Made by a program: the position numbers and the translations under genes
In this document: positions 1 through 11,619 of the stretch, piece after piece
Layout of the letters: each line of letters opens with the position of its first letter
Position numbering within the stretch: position 1 is the first letter of the stretch
Assembly (NCBI GenBank): GCA_030390025.1
Contig: CM059431.1
Location: forward strand, 135,906,001-135,970,000
Direction: 5' to 3'
Length of the DNA stretch: 64,000 nt
Source: Squalus acanthias
Taxonomy: Eukaryota
The notes under the pieces: model-generated
Database searches by the model: none
What the model was told of the DNA's origin: nothing
Seen by the model: only the letters and a program-made list of their open reading frames with translations

Positions 1-935
1 TGTGCTTATCCAATAACCGCTTGAAAGTTCCTAAAGTGTCCGACTCCACTATCACAGCAGGCAGTCCATTCCACACCCCAACCACTCTCTGAGTAAAGAA
101 TCTACCTCGGACATCCCTTCTATATCTCCCCCCATGCACCTTATAGTTATGCCCCCTTGTAACAGCTACATCCACCTGAGGAAATAGTCTCTGAACATCC
201 ACTCTATCTATCCCCCTCATCATCTTATAAACCTCTATTAAGTCGCCTCTCATCCTCCTCCGCTCTAAAGAGAAAAGCCCTAGCTCCCTCAATCTTTCCT
301 CATAAGACCTCCCCCCCAAACCAGGCAGCATCCTGGTAAATCTCCTTTGCACTCTTTCCAATGCTTCCACGTCCTTCCTATAGTGAGGTGACCAGAACTG
401 CACACAATATTCCAAATGTGGTCTCACCAAGGTCCTGTACAGTTGCAGCATAACCTCACGGTTCTTAAACTCAAACCCCTTGTTAATAAACGCTAACACA
501 CTATAGGCCTTCTTTACTGCTCTATCCACTTGAGTGGCAACCTTCAGAGATCTGTGGATATGAACCCCCAGATCCCTCTGTTCCTCCACGTTCCTCAGAA
601 CCCTGCCGTTGACCCTGTAATCCTTATTCAAATTTGCCCTACCAAAATGAATCACCTCGCACTTATCAGGGTTAAATTCCATCTGCCATTTTTCGGCCCA
701 GCTCTGCATCCTATCAATGTCTCTTTGCAGCCTACAACAGCCCTCCACCTCATCCACTACTCCACCAATCTTGGTGTCATCAGCGAATTTACTGATCCAC
801 CCTTCAGTCCCCTCCTCCAAGTTATTGATAAAATCACAAACAGCAGAGGACCCAGCACCGACCCCTGTGGCACACCGCTGGTAACTGGTCTCCAGTCCGA
901 AAATGTTCCATCCACCACCACCCTCTGCCTTCTAT
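1..935 (-). mobile_element. CR1 LINE 3' fragment (RT C-terminal half), degenerate
   Basis: Plus-strand ORF 530..937 contains the antisense signature [13 protein letters not shown], which is [13 protein letters not shown] on the minus strand. Confidence 0.85.
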
Positions 936-939
936 GAGA

Positions 940-1274
940 TAGCCAGTTTACTTGGGTTTATAATTAGAGGAATAGAATATAAAAGCAGAGAGATCATGCT
1001 AGAACATTATAAATCACTGGTTAGGCCTCAGCTGCAGCATTGTGGACAATTCTGGGCAAAACACTTCACGAAAGATATAAAGGTCTTAGGAAGTGTACCA
1101 GGGATGAGGGACTTCAGATATGAGGAGAGGTTGGAAATGTTAGGACTGTTCTCCTTGGAATGGAGAAGATTATGTGGTGACCTATGGAGGTTTTCAGGAT
1201 GATGAGAGGTTTTGCTAGAGTAGATAGAGAAAATGTATTTCCTCTGGTGAGTGGGTCAATAACTAGAAGTCATA
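940..1274 (+). mobile_element. CR1 LINE 3' fragment, interrupted by a Harbinger; its tail resumes at 6291-6410
   Basis: [15 protein letters not shown]...LVRPQLQHCGQFW...YEERLEMLGLFSLE motif; TTCTATGATTCTAT tail near 6400. Confidence 0.85.
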
Positions 1275-1787
1275 GGGGGAAAAATTCAGTTGGTTGCGCC
1301 TCCCGTTAGCGCCTTAAGAGGGCGCTAATGGGGCGCAAAGCAATTAGCGCCTGGGCGCAGCGATGTTTGCGCCGCTCGCGAACTTAACTAGACATTTTGC
1401 GGCGGCGCTAAACTTTACCGCCGCGATCTCCTGCGCACGCAGATCTTGATGTCATACGAGGGTGCAACGCCCTTGTGGCGCCCCGGAGCGGAAATTGAGT
1501 GGCGCCCCCATCCTTTCCGCCTGGCGCATCCAACGACCGGAAGACTGGAACGCTATCAGTCGCTGTGGGGCTGGGGGGGGGGCGCTATTTAAAGGGGGCC
1601 TCTTCCTGTCTTTCTCTGTGGTTGACATTTTTGCACCACTCGTTCTGAGAGAGAGAGAGAGATTCGGAGAGAGAGAAAGAGAGACTTCTGCATTGAGTCA
1701 ACGCTGTGTGAGGTAGTTTTGGCTACTGATCTTAACTTGGCAGGTAGTTTGGTTTTTGGCCTTCATAACTTTGCTTGCTAAGAGACT

Positions 1788-2831
1788 ATGGGGGCTGCAC
1801 TGATTGGGGGCGTCGTCCTGCTACAGCTGAATCGGAGGACACAGAGACGCAGAGAGAGAGTGGCAGAGAGAGAGTGGCAATGATGGCCAGACGGAGGAGG
1901 GCCAACAGGCGTATGTACAGGAGAGCTTACCCTCCCAGGGTATATCGTGAACAGCTCTCCTACATTCATATGTCTGAGGAGCAGTGTTTGCGAAGGCTGC
2001 GCTTCAGCAAGGAGGTAGTCACTGAGCTCTGCCACCTGCTGCAGCCAGATCTGCAGCCTCAACTGAGGTCCAGGACGTCTCTGTCGGTGGCAGTGAAGAT
2101 CACAGTGGCTCTGAACTTTTATGCTATTGGCTCATTTCAATCTGCTGCTGGGGACATCGCCAATTACTCCCAGTTCGCGGTGCATTGCTGCATCCGTCAG
2201 GTCACAAATGCCCTCTTTAAAAGGAGACGAGAGTACATCTCTTTCCCCATGACCCCAGACAAGCAGCATGAACGTGCTCTGGGCTTTGCGAGGATAGCGG
2301 GCTTCCCCATGGTGCAGGGCGCCATTGACTGCACGCATGTGGCTTTGCGTGCTCCGCATGAGAATGCCGAGGATTTCCGGAACAGAAAGGGGTTCCATTC
2401 CTTGAATGTTCAGTTGGTCTGTGACCACAGACAGCTGATACTCGCTGTCAATGCCCACTATCCTGGCAGCTGCCACGATGCTTTCATCCTGTGCCAGACT
2501 ACTGTGGCAGAACTTTTCGAGGCACCGCATCAGCCAGTTGGTTGGCTTCTCGGGGACAAGGGGTATCCACTGAGCACCTGGCTGATGACACCGCTCCGTA
2601 CTCCCAACACCCTGCTGAGCTGCGGTACAACGAGAGCCATCAAGCTACCAGGAACATCGTTGAGCACACAATCGGCGTGCTGAAGCAACGGTTCCGCTGT
2701 CTGGACCATTCTGGAGGAGCCCTGCAGTACTCGCCTGAGCGAGTTTCCCACTTCGTAGTTGTGTGCTGCATGCTGCATAACATGGCAATCCTCAGGACCC
2801 AGCCAATGCCACCAGGCCTTGGAGCACCACC

Positions 2832-2862
<31 letters not shown>

Positions 2863-2961
2863 GAGGAGGATGATCATCAGCAGCACCAAGGCGTGAGGGC
2901 GGCCCACAATGTTGAAACGGTAAGGGCCGTCCGTCAACGGCTGATAGCAAGCCGCTTCTAG
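1788..2961 (+). pseudogene. Harbinger (HARBI1-like) DDE transposase, frameshifted
   Basis: GAIDCTH, HDAFI, LLGDKGY and RNIVEHTIGVLKQRFRCL motifs. A ~14-bp duplication near 1851-1878 and a 1-bp loss near 2610 relative to the copy at 39694. Confidence 0.92.
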
Positions 2962-3259
2962 GCCCCTGCTGTGGAAATGGCTTCTGCCATTGAGAACAAC
3001 ATGAATGAAACTAACCTGCAACCCCTAAGCCGGCCAAGGCACCAATGATTCCAAACACCAAACATGTATATTTTGAATACAAAAACTTATTTATTTCACA
3101 AACTCTGTGTGTGTCATTTCCTCATGACAAACAAATAGAAAGAAACACAAAAACACAGTCATTAACAGAACTGGTTCTCATAACCTGGAGATAATGTCCA
3201 AAAGTTTGACCACGAACCTTAGCCTTTAATAAAAAAAAGACCAACATTTTGTCACACCT

Positions 3260-5112
3260 CCTACTTTTTGCCCTTCGAGGGTGATCTCCTTCCCTTGCGC
3301 ACTTCCCCCCTTCTTACCCTACTGCTCCTCTGTAATGGGACCTCAGTGGCTGCAGCAAGGCTGGTGGAAGGCTGCTGATTGTCAGAACCTGAGACTGCAG
3401 ATGCCCTTGAAGGACGGCCTCGACCAGCTCTGGCCTGGAGGGCCCGGCTGCAGACTGCACCAACTCTGCATGGGCGGCAGCAGTCTGTCCTACAGGCGGT
3501 GGCAAGTGCAGTGGAGAAGTGACAGTGGTGGCAGCAGGAATGCTGTCATCTTGAGAGAGGACAGCAACTCCCTGCTCGACCGACACACTGGCACTCCCAC
3601 GGGGCAGCACTTCAGCATCCGGAGCAATCTGCTGGAGCACAGATTGCTGGCCTGCTGCGGCACGGTGAGAGCCCCGGGGAAATGTGTACGAACCATCGAG
3701 GATGGCAGCAGTCAGTGCTCGCGTGGCCTCAATCTGAGTCTGCATGAGAGCAGTCTGAGACTGAATTGCAGCACTAAGCTTTAGTGTGGCATCCGCCTGT
3801 GCTACAGCGAAGTGCTCCACACTCCTTGCCAGTGATTCAATGCATTCGGGCACCCTTCCCACTGCACCCATGAGCTCAGTGTGCATGTCCACCGCCTGGG
3901 TGTTCATTTCAGCGATGAGCCGCTCCTCCTCTGCGTCCAGTGCAGTAGGAGTCGCTGGCATACTCTCCCTCCGGGGAGAAGGCACCCGTTCTTCCCTACC
4001 CCCATCGCGTTGCTGCAGCCCGCTGGGTCCTGGAGCTTCACCCTCATCAGACCCTTCCCCCCTGCTCCCCTCCAGGGAAGGCGTGTTCCCAGTGTGGGCA
4101 TGGGCTTCCTCGGGAGAGGGTGGCACTGATGCTCCGCCTTCATCTTCCTCCTCGCCTGCAGCTTCACTCCCACTGGCAGCTTGAAGGCCCGTCTCCTCAG
4201 CTGGTGAATCACCATCTGAAAGCAGGGAGGTACAAGAGTGGCTTTAGCGTGAGGACAGGGTGGCAGTAAGGGAGGAATAAGTGCAGCGATTTAGTAAGTT
4301 GGATTGAAAGTGTCAAAGGCTGGTGTTGTGATGGACAAGTGGAAGGACAGAGGACAAAAAGGTGATGACCTTACCATTGCTGTCCAGAACGGGGTCGGCG
4401 TCTCCAGTGGCGACGGGACCGATCACCCGGCTTGCCACAATCCTCTGGACGCGCGCCTCAAGATCGCTGAGGGGTTGCAGCTGAGGCCGCCCTCCACCCG
4501 TCCGTTGCTGCTGTCTCCTATTATGAGATAGCTTGGCCTGCAAGAAAAAGGACGGCGTCTGAGTAAATATACAGCCATGGTCTTGCCTGATGTGCCTCCC
4601 ATAGGTGAATAGCCCTTACTGTATGCAGCCATGGTCTTGCCTGATGTGCCTCCCATAGCTGAATAGCCCTTACTGTATGCAGCCATGGTCTTGCCTGATG
4701 TGCCTCCCATAGGTGAATAGCCCTTACTGTATGCAAAGTGTGGAATGTGTGTGTGTGTTTCATGAGAGGGCCATAGGTGTTGGATGAGTGTTGTGCATTG
4801 GGGATTTAAGACCCTCTGGCCATAGAGTGAGGTTGAGATGGAGGGATGGAGAGGTATTGAAAAAAAGCCACTCACCCTGACGACCCGAGTGAGGTCGTTG
4901 AACTTTTTTCGACATTGTATATGGGTCCTGGGCACCATGCTCCTGCAGGAGACGCTCTGAGCCACCTCCCTCCACACTCTTCTGTACTCGTGCGGCAAAG
5001 GCCTCCTGCCACTCTCAGGGAAGAGTATAGATCTTCTGCGCTCCACCGCGCCAACCAGAGCATCCAAGGCCCGCTCGCTGAAGCGCTGAGCTCGTTCTCT
5101 CACCGTCTCCAT
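3260..5112 (-). pseudogene. Harbinger Myb/SANT-like DNA-binding protein, 3 exons (5112-4876, 4537-4375, 4215-~3260), late frameshift
   Basis: W...RTHIQCRKKFNDL and RTGGG motifs (MSANTD/NAIF1-like); canonical GT-AG sites giving 237-nt and 163-nt exons in copies 1, 2 and 3; 1-bp deletion near 3432. Confidence 0.88.
4572..4735. repeat. 3 x 54-bp tandem repeat in Myb-gene intron 1
   Basis: CAGCCATGGTCTTGCCTGATGTGCC... recurs at 4572, 4626 and 4680. Confidence 0.9.
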
Positions 5113-5473
5113 AGTCCTTGGCTGGAAGATTTAGGCACAGGTCTCTCCAGGCTGAGATTCAAGACTCCAATGAGCAGGGTGTGGCTGGAGTGCAAGATCG
5201 ACCCTCCCCTTTAAGAACTGTCTGGCGCCAGTGTGTCTGTGTTCCATCGCTAACTGACAGCACCTGCGCTGCGCCCGCGCTCTGAGTTAGCGCCTCGCTC
5301 CTCGGCCTTTGCGCCTTAAGACAGGTGTGTAGCGCCTGATTTAGCGCTCCAATCACCTCCAGGGGCGTTAAAAGTCAAGTTTGCAGTCAGTGGCGATAAT
5401 TAGCGCCAGGCGCTAATCTTTGCGCATGGCCGATAATTGCACCCCAAATGGGGCGCGACTGAATTTCTCCCCC

Positions 5474-6290
5474 TTTGGCGCAGCGATGTTTGCGCCGCTC
5501 GGGAACTTAACTAGAGATTGTGCGGCGGCACTAAACTTTACCGCTGCGACCACCTGCGCGCGCAGTTTGTGACGTCATTCCATGGTGCAACGCCCTTGTG
5601 GCGCCCCGGAGCAGAAATTGAGTGGTGCCCCCTGCCTTACCGCCTGGCGCATCCAACGACCAGAAGACTGGAACGCTATCAATCGCTGTGGGGCTGGGGG
5701 GGGCGCTATTTAAAGGGGGCCTCTTCCTGTCTTTTATTGTTGGTGGCATTTTTGAACTACGCATTCTGAGAGAGAGAGGGAGAGACTTCTGGAGAGATTC
5801 AACGTTGTGTGAAGGAGTTTTGGGTACTGAGCAGCACTTTGCAGGTTCATTTTGATTTGCCAATCCTTGTATCGATTTAGCAGAGACTGTGGGAGCTGCA
5901 CTCTGAGCTCTTTGCCTGGTACTCTCCATTGTTCTTTCCAGCACATTTGATGTGCAAGTCTCTCCAGGCCGAGATTCAAGGCTGCAATGAACAGGATGTG
6001 CATGGAAAGCAAGATTAACCATCCCCTTTAAGAACTGGCCCGTGCCATTGTGTGTGTGTTCCATTGCTGACTGACATTACATGAGCTTTGCCAGCGCTCT
6101 GAGGTAGCGCCTCACTCCTTGGCCTTTGCGCCTTAAGACAGGTGTGCAGCGCCTGATTTAGCGCTCCACTCACCTCCCGGGGCGGTAAAAGTGAAGTTTC
6201 CAGTCAGTGCCGATAATTAGCGCCAGGCGCTAATATTTGCGTCCAGACGATATTTGCGCCCCAAATAGGGCGCGACCTAATTTTTCCCCC
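5474..6290 (+). mobile_element. Non-autonomous Harbinger A derivative lacking its first ~78 bp
   Basis: Similar to 22881..23774; right TIR ...CTAATTTTTCCCCC followed by ATA. Confidence 0.9.
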
Positions 6291-8512
6291 ATAGGGTTAC
6301 AGATAAAAAGCAGGAATGTGGGACTAAGCACAATTACTCTTTCAAAGAGCTAGCACAGGCACAATGGGTCAAATGGCCTCCTTCTGTGCTGTAAGTTTCT
6401 ATGATTCTATCATTTAGGCTGTTCTAAACTGGTACTGTAATCTTGTAGCCTGAGGAAAAAATATTGTATTAAATCTTACACCTGCTGAGAAACTTTAAAC
6501 TAAGAAGTAAAAACACCTCATTAACAAATTAGAAAACCATAACCTACAAAAAGGAAACAATTGGTGATAAACAGGCATTGCTAATGGTTTTCTGTGATTT
6601 TGCTGAACTCAGTTTAAGGAAGTATGTCTGATACCTTGATTCAAAATTTGAATGCTGTTCTCTAATGTCATCATGCACCTAACTATTCAAAGCAAAGCAC
6701 TTCTGCTAGCTGTTACTAGAGATGTCTGAATTAATGTCAGGACATTACAATACCTGAATGAATGAACCTAATTCAATGCAGTAAAACAAACAATACCCAA
6801 AAATCCCTAAAATCAGGAAAGGGAAAAAAAACAAAGTTCTCGAATCTGATTGTTACAATTGGTCTCAGTGCTCCAGTCCAGAGAAGGAAAAATGTCACAG
6901 TCATGCTTCCCGTTCTAGATTGTGATCCAATGATCCCTACCAGAAGGTATATATGTGAGGGCATCGGGTGAGGAAAGAATTGACCACAGTTTGGATGCAC
7001 AAAAAGTTAAATAGACTCATGACATGTATAACCTGTTTATATTACAGCATCAGAGGCAGCTCTGTAATATAAGTGAGACAGTCCACATGTCTCTGTCGAC
7101 CCCAAGACCCACCTCAGATGGTGGTTTTACTGTCTGTCTCAAGAGACAAAATGCCAGTGGTGGAAAAGAGAAATGACTGCTGCTGTTGGCACTAGCATTG
7201 GCTTCTCACATATAGCACCCATACAAGCCAGCATATCATTTTCATGTTGTTAGTTTGGACACATCCCCAAATTTGGGAACGATTTGCAGCCTGAATAATA
7301 AAGTTGCAAATGTGACTATGTAGTAACTATGCATGAAGAAGATAACACATGCACATGTGCACTTGTTCTGGTGTTGCTGAATCCACTCCACAACATGAAC
7401 AGGGTAAATTTGGCACAATGCAAAGGCCACATAGGATATCACTGGCTAGAGCCTCAAATGGAGATAGCCACTTAGAGAAGGTACGGGAATGCTACTGGCA
7501 CCATAGAACCAGCATGAGCCAAAGATTTCAATAGAGGATCAGAGGAAATTGGAAAAAGAAACTGATTCAGGATTAAAGAATAAAGATACAGAGGGGGTGA
7601 ATTTCGTTGGGGCTGCTTACGCTTGGCACTTTGAGCAGAAACCCCACTTACATGCGTAAATGGAGATCTGCCAAACACCTTGAAAGAAAAGTTAAAAGGA
7701 AATTTTAAAAAATCAATGAAAAAGAAATGCACTGCTGAGTGGCAATACAAACACACCAGGGTCCAGGAATCTGAATTAAAAGCCCAATATGAAAGCAGCC
7801 AAAGGTTATAACAATGTTGCAGAAGTGAAAGGATTACTTCAGTGGGCAAAGCTATTCACATGCTAATGTATTCAGGGGGCTAAAGATGCAGCCAGGTGAG
7901 AAACGATTCAGTAATTTTTGCATATTGAATTGTAGTTAGCTGTAATAAATTAAATACAGAAGGAATTATTGAGATTAAACTCTCCATTGCAGTGCTCCAT
8001 CCAGCACATTCTATACTCTTCTCTATATGGAATAATAGGTAGACTAGTGGACAATAAACATCTGCAATCTTAGACCGAGTTTATCAAATTATACGATATC
8101 TGTGCCAGTTAATCCAAGTCAGGGATGTAAATGTAAAAGCAACAGTTGAATTGTGTATAGCACAGATGGTTAGAAGTGTGACACTACACACCTGCTTTGA
8201 CATTGGGTGACCAGCAAGTGGGTCTCACCCAACCAGCAGCAACTTCAATGGAAAATTTCTGGATATGTTAAAACTGGCTGCCAGTAAGGCTGTAACCCAA
8301 TTTTAAGCTGAGATTGAAAAATTTAGCGTTAAAGATTTCACCTCATCATTTTCTGTAAAGTTATCTAAACCTCTTAATTGTAGAACTTCTTTGTAACACA
8401 CTCCAAAGTAACTCACTGTGGCAAAGCATTCGATGCTTCAACCCTCTTTTTAAAGAATTCTCTCCTAAACTTTTTCCTCACTCTTAGTGACAATTTAAAT
8501 CGATGACCCTTC

Positions 8513-8720
8513 AACAACAACAACAACTTGTATTTATATAGCGCCTTTAAGGTAGTAAAATGTCCCAAGGCACTTCACAGGAGTATTATAAGATAAACAA
8601 TTTGACACCGAGCCACATAAGGAGAAATTGGGGCAGGTGACCAAAAGCTTGGTCAAAGAGGTAGGTTTTAAGGAGCGTCTTAAAGGAGGAAAGGGAGGTA
8701 GAGATGCGGAGAGGTTTCAC
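8513..8720 (-). mobile_element. L2/SINE-type 3' tail fragment
   Basis: (CAA)n followed by TTGTATTTATATAGCGCCTTT; minus-strand ...SSFKTLLKTYLF resembles an L2-clade C-terminus. Confidence 0.6.
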
Positions 8721-9250
8721 CGACTTCCCAACCAGAGAAAATAGTCTTTCTCTAATCAGCCTATCAAACTGTTTCATAATTTAAAAATCTCTATTAAATC
8801 TCCTCCCAGTCTTCTCTGCTCCACTGGAAATAGTACCAGTATCTCAAGTCTCTCCTCAGTACTATAGTTTGCCATCCATGGCATCACTATGGCCAATCTT
8901 TGCTCGACACTCCCTATAGCTTTAATGTCCTTTCTATAATGGGGTGCCAAAACTGCACAGTACTCTAAATGTGGCTTGAGCTATGCTATGTACAATTCTA
9001 TCATTACTTGGTTACTCTTGTACTGTATGCCGCTTTTTATAAAATCCAAAATGTTGTTAGCCTTTTTAATAGTTTTATTTACCTTCATCGTCAAGGAGTT
9101 ATATATTTGAACCTCTATGTCTCTCTGTTAATCCACATCCTTCAGTATCTTGCGTATATACTCCAGTTCCTTGCTTTTCCTCCTAAAATGTATTACTGCA
9201 CAGTTATCCAGATTAAACTGCATTTGCCACTTGTATGTCCTTCTGTTAAC
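8720..9250 (-). mobile_element. Old degenerate CR1 fragment
   Basis: Antisense CR1 motifs such as CCAAAACTGCACAGTACTC. Confidence 0.6.
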
Positions 9251-9269
9251 CTGTCTATGTCTTTTTTTT

Positions 9270-9440
9270 CATTCACGAGATGTGGTCACCACTGACAAGG
9301 TCAGCATTTATTGCCCATCCCTAATTGCCCTTGAGAAGGTTGTGGTGAGCTGCCTTCTTGAACCATTGCAGTCTGTGTGGTGAAGGTGCTCCCACAGTGC
9401 TGTTAGTTGTTGGATTTTTAACCAGCGACGATGAAGGAAC
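9270..9440 (-). mobile_element. 3' end of a non-LTR retroelement (probably the 21655-type family)
   Basis: Minus strand reads NGSRRQLTTTFSRAIRDGQ, followed by AATAAATGCTG. Confidence 0.55.
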
Positions 9441-10620
9441 TGCGGTCTGCACAGAGCGAGATTAAAACGGAGTGCACTTAAACAGAGTGTTTTATTTGGG
9501 AATTTGGAAAGAGTGGGAATTCGGAGAAGAGGGAGAAGGAGTTGCTGCTTTTTGCCGACACTACTTGTAGTGTTTTGTGTTACAGGTAGATATTTAATTT
9601 CAGTACCCATAACTTAATCTAGATCAAATAAGTAGTCAAGAAACTACACTGTAAACTAAGTTACCTAATTACAAATTGAATTAAATAAATCAAGGCCATA
9701 TAGGGATGGCAGTGTAGATGGTGTGCCACAACTGCAGCATATGGGAGTTTGTGGAGAGCATTGTGATACCGGAGAACCATGTCTGCAGTAAGTACCTGCA
9801 TCTTGAGGAACTTCAGCTCAGAGTTTTTTGAGCTGGAGTCTGAGGTGCAGACATTGCGGGGCATCAGGGATGGGGAAAGTTACCTGGACATTTTGATCCA
9901 GGAGGCAGTCACACACCTTAGGTTAGGTACTGGTACAGATCTGGTTAGTGGTCAGGGACAGGAGGGTGTGACTGCAACTCAGGCAGGTAAGGGGACCCCA
10001 GGTGCAGTGCTGGAGGAGCCTCAGCCTTTGCCCTTGTCCAACAGGTATGAGGTTCTTGCTGCCTGTGTGGATGAGGGAAAAACCTGCAGGATGGATGAGC
10101 AAGCTGACCATGGCACCATGGCGCAGGAGGCCATTCAAGTGGGGGAGTGAAAGGGAATGTAGCTGTGGTAGGGGACAGTATAGTCAGGGGGATAGATACT
10201 GTTCTCTGCAGCCGCGACCAAGAGTTCCGAAGGTTGTGTTGCCTGCCCGGTGCCAGGGTTAAAGACATCTCCTCATGGCTGGATGAGAACTTGGAGTGGG
10301 AGGGGAAGGATCCAGTTGTCAAGGAACCAACGACATAGGTAGAACTAGGAATGAGGTTCTGCTGAGTGAGTTTGAGGAGCTAGGATCCAAATTAAAAAGC
10401 AGAACTTCAAAGGTAACAATCTCTGGATTGTTACCTGAGCCACGTGCAAATTGGCATAGGGACAAACAGATTAGAGGATTAAATGTGTGGCTCAAAGAGT
10501 GGTGTGGGTGGAAGGGGTTTCAGTTCATGGGGCACTGGCACCAGTACTGGGGAAAAAGGGAGCTGTTCCGTTGGGACGGGCTCCACTTAAATCGGACTGG
10601 GACCAGTGTCCTGGCCCAAC
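9440..10620 (+). mobile_element. CR1 5'UTR plus degenerate ORF1 (Zn-finger/coiled coil/SGNH esterase)
   Basis: PLSNRYEVL, VVGDSIVRG, CCLPGARVKD, GTNDIG and DGLHLN motifs. Confidence 0.85.
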
Positions 10621-11123
10621 CCAATGAGCGGGAAAAAGTCACCAGTGCCCTAAACAAAGATGGCAGCCCCTAAAGCAGAACTCCCGGCCGCACTAAGATG
10701 GTGACACCCGTGCCCTAGAAAATGCTGGCGGCATTGCTCAATGAACAATAGAGCAGGACCTCCGCCCCACAAACATATGGCGGCACTCGCACTCTGGACA
10801 GCAAAAGCGACTCTGGCACCCAGCACAAAAATGGCTGAGGGGCCTTTTCTGTCAGGTGGTTGACGCCATTGAGGTTCCATTTCCAGAAGTGATGCCTGGT
10901 AAGTTGCAGTGGGAGTCGAGAGTCCGGAGCGCAGCAACTGGAGGTCTGGTTACCATGGGAGCGAGTGGAGCAGCCCAGCATGGTAAGGAGGAGACCTGGC
11001 ACCAGGCCACTGACTCAGTGTCAGCTCACTTCCTGGCGACCGACCGTGCTCCACATTAGCACAGCTCCGCCCGGGACACCCGTCACTTAGCGGGCCCGGT
11101 GAAATAGCTATATCAGTTTTTCT

Positions 11124-11354
11124 TTAGTATTGTTCCTAGTTATTCTGATGACTGCTTGCACCTCTAGATGCCTTTCCATAGCTGCTCTGCTGACTATTGT
11201 AGGTATCATATTCTGGAGCGTATCCGCAGTTGTTGTAGTTATACCCAGAGTAATGAGAACCTCCATATCCAATGTAACCTGGATTGCTATCGCCATTGTT
11301 GTAACGAATATAACCTTGATTCCAGCTGCTGTTGTATCCCTGGTTCCAGTTCTG
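11124..11354 (-). pseudogene. HNRNPDL: Processed pseudogene fragment of hnRNP D-like C-terminal Tyr/Gly-rich domain
   Basis: QNWNQGYN...[11 protein letters not shown]...[22 protein letters not shown] matches the HNRNPDL end (YGKASRGGGNHQNNYQPY*), with TAC changed to TAG. Confidence 0.75.
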
Positions 11355-11619
11355 ATTTTTAGAAGAACATACGAACATACGAACTCTTTTCTGGCAGTTA
11401 GCAATATGTGCAAGTTCCAAAAGACATTCAGCACTCAAAAGGGTTATTTTTCCATTTTAACATTTCAGTGATGTGTGCCAGTGGCAAAACACTTGCCTTG
11501 GATAATTTTTTTCTTGCATTTCACTGTTGTTGCGATTAGTTTCGTTTGAACATTGGGGGTGAAGGAGTATCTCGGGGGTGAGTTGGAATATATTTATTTT
11601 TAGGTTAACTTAATTATCC

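Larger units (their letters stand above)
1275..5473 (+). mobile_element. PIF/Harbinger DNA transposon, family A copy 1 (two-gene type, defective)
   Basis: TIRs GGGGGAAAAATTCAGT / ACTGAATTTCTCCCCC; repeated subterminal TAGCGCC/GGCGCTA motifs; convergent transposase and Myb-like genes. Confidence 0.95.

Noticed and set aside
1788..2961. Host HARBI1 or NAIF1 genes
   Set aside because: Multiple copies with TIRs and TSDs show these are transposon genes, not the domesticated loci.
5531..6064. Recurrent MITE ORFs (also 23168, 61699) and hairpin-MITE ORFs (11903, 45273)
   Set aside because: Lengths and stops vary between copies and no domain is recognisable; similarity reflects repeat homology.
10620..11105. 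GC-rich segment, possibly another MITE fragment
   Set aside because: No TIR pair, TSD or second copy could be identified.
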